A DNA stretch of 64,000 nt, taken from NCBI RefSeq assembly GCF_009914755.1, contig NC_060934.1. The stretch is one strand, 5' to 3'. Under the pieces are notes generated by a model. It was not told where the DNA came from. It saw nothing but the letters and a program-made list of their open reading frames with translations, and searched no databases. Within the stretch, counting starts at the first letter, position 1. The number at the start of each line of letters is the position of its first letter. This document shows positions 55,044 through 64,000 of this stretch, piece by piece. The position numbers and the translations under genes were made by a program. Source of the DNA: the human T2T-CHM13v2.0 reference genome, Homo sapiens.

Positions 55044-55377
55044 TTACCAATCCCAGGTATGTCAATGAAGTTCTCTCTAGTGGGAATTTGCATCTTAAAC
55101 AAAGACATAGAATGGAAAGTGGTTATGAAGTGAACAAGGCTGAAGCACCTGAGAGAAATGCCTGGAAACATGATGACCTTACTCCTGATATGGCCATTCG
55201 CAAAGCAAACCTACATCATATTCTTCATGGATTCTGGTTGTTCTGCTTTTCTCTTTAATTCTGAGAGCTCCCTGGTATCCTTCCAGTGTGTCTTTTTTTT
55301 CTTGCTTAAGTTATTAAGGTTAGTTTCTGTTGCTAAACAACCAAAGAATACCAACTTAAGCAACATAAGTTGGTGCT

Positions 55378-56062
<685 letters not shown>

Positions 56063-56367
56063 ACTACCGTTATAAGAACCTACCATTTTTGCCATTATTA
56101 GTTCATAGATAATATGCGTGGGAAATATATTATGAATTGGCTGAGAATACAAGAGAATAACAATGCAACTTCAGATGCAGATGGGGACCTGGGAATGCAG
56201 ACAAGGAATGTGTTAGAAAAATGTATCCCTTCAGGTTTCCAATAATTCTTCCACGTCTTCTTTACAGATACTTTTGCATATTGCCTGTTATTCAGGATTA
56301 ATCATAATCAATCACAAGTTAAGTTTTTCAGAAAAAAAATTATTAAAATAACAAAAAAAAAATTTGA

Positions 56368-56666
56368 TTTTTTTTTTTCTATTTTTTGAGATGGTCTCAC
56401 TCTTTCACCCAGGCCGAAGTGCGGTGGCATCATCACGGGTCACTGCAACCTTAACCTCGTAGGCTCAAGTGATCCTCCCACCCCAGTTTCCCAAGAGTCT
56501 GGGACTTCAGGCATATGCCACCACACCCAGCTATTTTTAAAATTTTTTTGTAGATACAACATCTCACTACATTGTGCAGGGTGGTCTCAAACTCCTGAGC
56601 TCAAGTGATTCTCCAGCCTCAGCCCCCCAAAGTGCTGGGATTATAGGTATGAGCTACCATGCCCAG
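56368..56666 (-). mobile_element. AluJ
   Basis: ggctcaagtgatcctcccacc. Confidence 0.88.
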
Positions 56667-56698
56667 TCAAAATATTATATTGATAGATTTTCAGAAGG

Positions 56699-57247
56699 TG
56701 TAATGGTTAATATTGAGTGTCAACTTGATTGGATTGAAGGATACAAAGTATTGTTCCTGGATATGTCTGTGAAGATATTGCCAAAGGAGATTATCATTTG
56801 AGTCATTGGACTGGGAGAGGCAGATCCACCCTCAGTCTGGGTGGGCACCAACTTACCAGCTATCAGTATGGCTAGAATAAAGCAGGCAGAAGAAAGTGGA
56901 ATGAGGGAGACTTATTGAGTCTTCATCTTTCTCCTGTGCTGGGTGCTTCCTGCCCTCGAACATCAGACCCAAGTTCTTCAGCTTTTGGACTCTTAAACTT
57001 ACACCAGTGGTTTGCCAGGGGCTCTCAGGCCTTTGGCCACAGACTGAAGCCTGCACTGTTGGCTTTCCTACTTTTGAAGTTTTGGAACTTGTACTGACCC
57101 ACGACTTCCTTGCTCCTCAACTTGCAGATGGCCTCTTGTGAGACTTTACCTTGTGATCCTGTGAGTTAATTCTCCTTAATAAATGCCCTTTCATGCATAC
57201 ATATATACTACTAGTTCCGTTCCTCTAGAAAACCCCTGACTAATACA
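56699..57247 (+). mobile_element. MLT2A (HERVL) solo LTR
   Basis: tgtaatggttaatattgagtgtcaacttgattggattgaagg...ctgactaataca; perfect TSD gaagg. Confidence 0.92.
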
Positions 57248-58009
57248 GAAGGCATTACGTGCTTTGAGAACAGACTGTAAGAGCAGAACGATAAAAATAC
57301 CTTAAAAATAAAACTCATGAAAGGTTATCACTGAATTAGCAAAGTTATTAAAATTGCTTTTAAAATAAATCAGGAAGGATCACAATAAATATTTACTTGG
57401 CAAATTTTGCATTCATTTGGTCTAGTAGACTCCAATAAGCACAATTCCACTTTACTTTGACTTTCCTAGTGAACATTCTATGGTGAGACATTCTGAGGAG
57501 GTGATATGTTATTCCTCACAAATCAATGTATAGGACCTTACTTTTGCTGCAGATGCAAATGTGTAAAGTACTGAACTGTACAAATCTTGAAACACATTAA
57601 AATACATGTCACAATACTGTTCATTATTAATCTGCTCATGGAAACAAATTTCAGGAAGTAGAGGGTATTTAATGTCAAATTAAAGCAGACTTGTGATAGA
57701 ACTCGACACTATAATCACATTAATATCAAAAATGATAATAATTGATGTCAGTGTGCCTGAAAAATAGTAATGATTTCTCAGCTAAAGAAAGAAGGAAATC
57801 TATTCATTTAAATGGCATTAAATCTGTCCAGGTATATAAGTAGCACATTCAAACCCATATATAGTTCTATCCCATGTCTGTACACCAGTGTTACATTACA
57901 GGCCGCAAAAGGAAAACTCTTTTTGTCCAGAAAATGTGCAGTTTAACAGAGAACTTTGTAGTGATGGTAGAACAAAGTACTGATAAAAGCATAGCATTCT
58001 CAAGAACAA

Positions 58010-58075
58010 TATAGAGAGATAGAAATAGAGATAGAGATACATGTCTATGTGTATGTATATATATATAGCGAGAGG

Positions 58076-58108
<33 letters not shown>
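58010..58108. repeat. (GATA/TA/GA)n compound microsatellite
   Basis: Seen directly in the sequence. Confidence 0.85.
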
Positions 58109-58111
<3 letters not shown>

Positions 58112-60044
58112 GTTCCGGTCTGTGTCAAATCATGAAATTGAGGCTTAAGTCCTTTCTTTTGCTACCCTCTTTAGTCTACTCCAGTCTAATTGTGGCCATG
58201 ATGGAAAGAAGTCACGTCTCTGCACCTGCCCAGGCAAGCCAAGTGTCTCAGTGCGCCTGGTAGGAAATTCTTAGGTCACGCCCTCTCTATGCCTGCACAG
58301 TTCTTGGGTCCCGGGAGCTCTGTTTCTTGGGAAGAATCCCGTGTGATAGTCTGGAGGCAGATCTTTCCCTTACATGTAAAAAATAGTAAGGAACTTATAG
58401 ATTCCTTAATCTGTAAGTTAAGATCAACTTCTCACATGAGACTTTTTTTTCTTTTTAATCACCTTTTAAGTTGCTAAAATTGGTCAGTTTTCATTCTAAT
58501 AATGTGCCTATTAGAAAATGTATTTTTTAGTAGTATCAGAAAGAAATCCACCAGTTTTTCTTAAATTTGTACATTTTTCTACAAAATAAATTCCTCTAGA
58601 AAATTTTGATTACAAAAGGATCTTGGAATTTCACTTTTTGAAGAACATTTGATGGAGTATATCAGATTCAGAGATACTGTATCATATAATAAATAGAATA
58701 AAATATGGAACATTTTATTTAAAATTGTAAATGTTAACAGAGGAAAACAATGCAGAGTCACCTGTGCCCTACATATAGAGACAAGGCACATTATGCGCGT
58801 GCCAAACAGGATTTCTGTGATCTAGAAATTTCTGAAAGCAAATTTTAAAATTTTTGAGAGCACTAGAAATTTTTCTCCTAATGGATACCTATTTGGCAGA
58901 TGCCCACTTGCAGTCTCCCGAAACATTTGCATTTTTCCACACTTACGATGCTTGCAAGACACAAATATGAAAATAGACTATTTCTGAGTCAAAAGACTGC
59001 CAACCAGTGCTTGGTATTATACATTTCAATGCTTGGTCATTTCATGTTGCCAAAGTAATTAAAACCAATTCTTTGAAATTGAATTGCTCATTTGATGTGT
59101 CTTACATTAATTGCAGAACCACCTACAGCACTGAAAATGCTCGTCCAACAGAGGCTATCTTCCCCCCAAAAATCCTAGTTCAAAATGATTATTTCTATCT
59201 GAGGTTACAGAAAAAGCTTCTACAATAGGCACATATCAATTCTGCACAGTTCAGCTCGCCCTTCTATGATTGATGCATAATAGATACTATTGTAGCTGTT
59301 CCAAATATTCTTGTTCCTCTTCGTCACTCTCTATCATACCATGACTCAAAAGACAATGAGCACATTGCTGCTTTTGAGATGCTTTGATCTACTGCAGCAT
59401 CTAGAGGCAGAACTGAAAAGAAAGGAAGAATGATGGAAAAGGATTTCTGAAAACCAGCCTGGCCAGTATTTATTTCTACGCAAAGCATAAAACCACTACC
59501 AAGCCAAAGATCAGAATGAATGTAGATCAATTAGTGCAAGAAAGGAGCCAGTGTTTGATGGGCTTCTATGAATCATATTACAGCAATATCTGTAATTTGG
59601 AAGTTGAAAAATTATCAAAGCTGATATTACAATTAAAAGCTCAACTTTTATGTTTTATTGGAACTAAATGTGTTTGATGGGAACTAAAAAGATAAATATT
59701 ATATTTTATTGATGTCTTTTGGATCTAAAATATCAGTATGAATTAAAGTGGAGTAAAACGCATTAGGACCAAATAAACCATGTCCTTTCTTCCCATTAAA
59801 AGCTCCATAAATATAATTCCTCTTTGTGCTAAAGCTTTTTACACTGTCTATGTATTTGCAATGGTATATTTAGAAATATAATGCCTTGGAAAGTGATTTT
59901 ATAATGCATGTTCATTATTTTTTCTACCATGGTAAGGAGTGGAAAGGAGAAGATTTCATCTTATTACTTGCTAACAAAATATTGTTCACTTGCTCCACGA
60001 GATTCTTTACTATATAAATATTAGGGGATTTTTATGTTTGTTTA

Positions 60045-60192
60045 TGTGGTTTTTGTTTGTTTGTTTGTTTTTGAGACAGCCTCTTGCTAAGTTTCCCAGG
60101 CTGAACTTACTCCTGGGCTGGGCTCCAGTGATCCTGCTGCCTCAGCCTCCTAAGTAGCTGAGACTACAGGCATGACCACCATGCCCAGCTAA
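60045..60192 (-). mobile_element. Alu monomer fragment
   Basis: (TTTG)n tail and cctcagcctcctaagtagctg. Confidence 0.75.
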
Positions 60193-60379
60193 TCTTAGTT
60201 ATTTTATGTTTGAATTTGCAGAAAGACTACAGCATGTAAAAAGATAAATGTATTGGTTTTAGAATTAAAGACATATTAAAACATATTTGCATTTTCAACT
60301 GATAGCAAAGGTTTTATGAGAGCATCAGATCACTAATTATTGTCAAGATTGGTTTAAACTGTTATATTTTTATTTTAAG

Positions 60380-62260
60380 GATTTCTTATACTCCACTATA
60401 GGTAAAATGTTATATTATTTTTAAGTGATTGATGTAGATGTTTTTACCATACATCAGTAACTTATCACAGTAAACTTTCAAATGTCATTTCACGTATAGT
60501 GTAAGGGCCTTACAACAGTATTTTTCTGTCTTCTCCCTCTTTTCCTATATGCTGTTTTTTGTATACTTTTGCATCTGTGTATGTCAAAACTCCACAATAC
60601 ATTGCTAATATTTCTACATTATTATCTTTTAAAGCAATTCAAAACATGGAAACACGTCTTTTATATTTTACCATTATTTTTACCCTTCCAGGCACAATGT
60701 TTCTTTGGATAGTTTCTAATTTTCAATCTGATGTCATATTCCTCTGTCTAAAGAATAAAGAGCTTCTTTAATAAACAAAGGGCTAATGCCAATAAATCCT
60801 CTAAGCCTTTATTTATTTGCCTAATCAACTTTTTATTTCATATTAACTTTTTAAAGATATTTTTTGCTTAGTATAAAAGTCATGTTGAAAGATTTCTTGC
60901 ATTACTTTAAAGATATCACTAATTTTTGGAGGAGTTACAGAGTTTCTAAGAAGTCTAATGAAATTATTATCTTTGTTTCTCTCTGTAATATTTATATTTT
61001 TTCTGGTTGCTTTCTATATTTTTCTGTTTGTCATTCGTTTTTAGCTGGTAGATGATGATGTGTATAGGTGTGTTTTCAGAAATTTACCCTGCTTAGGGCT
61101 CTTTGAGCTTCATAGATCTGTGGCTTATATTTTTTCCATTAATTTTGAAAAATTTCAAAAAACAATCCTTGCCTTTTCCGGTGTCTAGAAAAAAAAGAAA
61201 AAATTGTCTGGCTGTTTTCTCTGCATATTTTTATTCTGTTCCATTCTCTGTCTTCTTCTTCTTTTGGGACTCCAGTTTCATATATGTTAGACCATTTGAT
61301 ATTGTCCTGAAGCTCCTGGGAGCTCAGTCTGTTTTGGGTTTGTTTTTACAGTTTTTATCTTTGAACTTCAGTCTGGATCATTTCTACTGACCCATATTCA
61401 AGTTTATTTATTATTTTCTCAGCTACGCTTAGCCGGCTGATGAGCCCATTGCAGGACTTTTTCACCTCTGATATCCTACATTTTATTTTTAATGTCTTCA
61501 TTGGACTTTTTAGAAATGATTTCTTCTTATCTGCTAAAATTCCCGTTCTTCTCATGCGTGTTTACTTTTCCACAAGCTTCTTGTGAATTATAGTTATTTA
61601 AAATTCTCTATCAGATAATTTCAACATCTCAGTCACTTCAAAACTGGACCTTTTGATTACTTTGTCTCCTCATGATGGATTGTTTTCCTTGTTTTTTAAT
61701 CTGTCTGATAAATAGCTTTATTTATTTATTTATTTATTTATTCATTCATTCATTCTAAGAGACTGGGTCTCATTCTGTCATCTAGACAGGAGTGCAGTGG
61801 CACAATGATGACTTGCTGCAGCCTCCAACTCCTGGGCTCAAGTGATCCTCCCAACTCAGCCTCCCAAAGTGCTTGGATTACAGGTGCATGCCACCATAGC
61901 ACCTGGCCCTGGTAGATTTTTATTGAATGCTGGATATCATACATAGAACAGCAGAGGCTGAAGTAAATAGTATTTATGTGTACAAATGAGCATATACCTC
62001 TTCTTTAGTCATGGTTTTAGTGCGTGGGTTTGAGATATTTTAATCAGAAGCTTACGTGTTTGTTTCTGTTCTCATGCTCTTTAGTTTACCAGACTTCAAA
62101 TCTTCGAGCAATTGGCTATTGTTATCTTGAGCTTTGAGTACAGACTAAGGCACTAGAGGTTTTTTTCTGTGCTCATGCTCCACCCTCATGTTCAGCAACA
62201 CCTGCATGTCTAAGCTAAAAAACTAAGTCTCTCTTCACTTTCTATCCCCACAAGGTGCTA
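60380..62260 (-). mobile_element. Old L1M (5'/ORF1-region) remnant containing an Alu monomer (61718-61908)
   Basis: The 61355-61555 ORF resembles the ORF1 coiled coil (SEVKKSCNGLISRLSVAEKIINKLE). Confidence 0.65.
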
Positions 62261-62307
62261 GATTTAGGGTGGGAGCAGCAATGGAGGGAGTTCTGTGGTC
62301 TCCTTCT

Positions 62308-62454
62308 TGGCCCTCGGGGCTGGGTCTCCTTCTGGCCTGTGTGTGTGACTGGCCCTCGGGGGTAGGTCGGTCTTCTTCTGGCCTGTGTGTGTGACTGGCC
62401 CTCGGGGCTGGGTCTCCTTCTGGCCTATGTGTGTGACTGGCCCTCGGGGGTGGT
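62308..62454. repeat. GC-rich minisatellite with alternating 42/46-bp units
   Basis: tggccctcgggg...tggcctgtgtgtgtgac in the order A-B-A-b. Confidence 0.88.
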
Positions 62455-62617
62455 ACTTCACCACTCCCAGGTATCCTCACTGTGGCATTGGTCTTAAGGA
62501 GGAGAGAGTTCTCTGACCTAACCCAGCATTAATAGATCTCTTCTGGGTATTGATTTAGGATCCCAGACAAGACAATTTTCTGCTCTTTCTAAGGATTGGG
62601 AGTTATATTTTCTATCC

Positions 62618-63014
62618 TGTTAAGAATTGAATTTTGTCTTCCTCAAAATCAGTATGTCAAAGCCCTAACCCTCAGTACTTCAGAATGCTGCTGTATTTGC
62701 AGACAGAGCCTTTGAAGAGGACATTAACTTAAAATGAGGTTGTTAGGATGGGCCTTAATGCAATGTGACAGGTGTCCTTATAAGGAAATGAAATTTGTAC
62801 TCATAGAGACCCCAGGGATGTGCACCTGGGCAGATGTTGGCCATGTGAGAACACAGAAGGTGGCTGTTTTCAGGCCAAGGAGAGAGACCTCAGAAGAAAT
62901 CAAACCTGCCAATTGATCTTGGACCTCCTCCAGAACTCTGAAAGCATAAATTTCTGTTATTTAAGCCACCCAGTCTCTAGTAGTTTGTTACGACAACCTT
63001 AGCAAACCAGTACA
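62618..63014 (+). mobile_element. MLT1B/C MaLR LTR
   Basis: ccctaaccctcagtacttcagaatg...ataaatttctgttatttaagccacccagt. Confidence 0.82.
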
Positions 63015-63492
63015 TTCCCTTTGTCCCCGCCTTCCCTAGCAGCAATAAACCTTTGTCTGTGTCCTGAGATACAAGAGGTTTACCTACCCTTCTACAGGCA
63101 GATGGATTTTGTTTCTACTCTTCCCCAGAGGACATGGATTTTCAGCTGAGCTCCCGGTATATGGACAAGGAGCTGAATTGCTGCCCCTATTCCAGTGATT
63201 TAATTAAGTCTTCTACATCGCAGCAGAGACCATCCAAGTGATAGTACTCCAGGCTTGTCCCCCACGACCAGCCAGTTGCCTTCGTTGCCGTCAAAGGGAA
63301 ATCTCCAGTTTCTTGCTCTGCCTCCAGACTTCTTCGTGAGAAGAAGTGATAGAAGCCTATGGAAAAATAATTGTGAATGCAGCTTTTGCCTGAGGCTTCC
63401 ACCTTCCACCAATTGACATGCTAGCTCATGCTTGGCCTTTTGAAAAATGTTAAAGTTTTGCCTGATTTCTTCTTTTTTAAAACAACTTTGTT

Positions 63493-63762
63493 GGCTGGGT
63501 GTGGTGGCTCATGCCTGTAATCCGGCCACTTTGGGAGGCCGAGGCAGGTAGATCACCTGAGGTCAGGAGTTCCAGACCAGCCTGTCCAACGTAGTGAAAC
63601 CCCGTCTCTACTAAAAATACAAAAATTAGCAGGGCGTGGTGGCAGTCGCCTGTAATCGCTGCTACTCTGGAAGCTGAGGCAGGAGAATCGCTTGAACCCG
63701 GGAGGCGGAGGTTGCAGTGAGTGAAACTCCGTCTCAAAACAAAACAAAACAAAACAAAAAAA
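63493..63762 (+). mobile_element. AluS with a 3' internal deletion
   Basis: gttgcagtgagtgaaactccgtctc; (CAAAA)n tail. Confidence 0.9.
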
Positions 63763-63765
63763 CCC

Positions 63766-64000
63766 AAAACTTTATTGAGATATAATTCACATACCATACC
63801 AGTTCACTTAAGTGTACAATTATTCAATGGTTTTTAATATATTCACAGATTTGTGTATAATCATCACTGTAGTCAATGTTAGAACATTTTTTCATCTCAA
63901 AAACCTCATAGTTTTCAAGCTATCATCCTCACCCAAGCTGTCACCCCAGCCCAAGGCATCTACCAATCTACTTTGTCTCTACAGATTTCCTTGTTTTGGA
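63766..64000 (-). mobile_element. L1MB-type 3' end
   Basis: tttattgagatataattcacataccat...aagtgtacaatt. Confidence 0.8.

Overview
This is primate, almost certainly human, nuclear DNA: AT-rich and dense in Alu, L1, MaLR/ERV LTRs and DNA-transposon fossils. It contains no prokaryotic-type systems. The only supportable protein-coding sequence is the last two exons of a + strand gene that I recognise as MALRD1 (DIET1/C10orf112, 10p12). These are a 76-nt exon (32965-33040) and a terminal exon (36416 to about 36740; stop at 36494-36496, AATAAA at 36716), each encoding one FxNPxY endocytosis motif. Bases 1-32964 are intron and everything after about 36740 is intergenic. A 2-kb ancient, rearranged mitochondrial insertion (NUMT, about 48885-50908) sits inside an old L1. 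Its order is 16S(+), inverted tRNA-Leu/ND1-5'(-), then ND1-3', tRNA-Ile, tRNA-Gln, tRNA-Met and ND2(+). The most interesting observations, all hypotheses about function, are: (1) the NUMT inversion fuses the ND1 N-terminus in frame to the body of the mitochondrial micropeptide SHLP5, giving a stop-free 109-codon ORF; (2) skipping the 76-nt MALRD1 exon opens a 79-codon alternative tail in the last exon that lacks both NPxY motifs and should escape NMD; (3) the NUMT tRNA-Gln carries a CTG anticodon, Pol III A and B boxes and a T4 terminator; (4) an old, diverged local duplication retains RFX-like motifs. Nearly all ORFs in the supplied track are repeat-derived artefacts. Repeat subfamily names come from memory of consensus sequences, not from a search.
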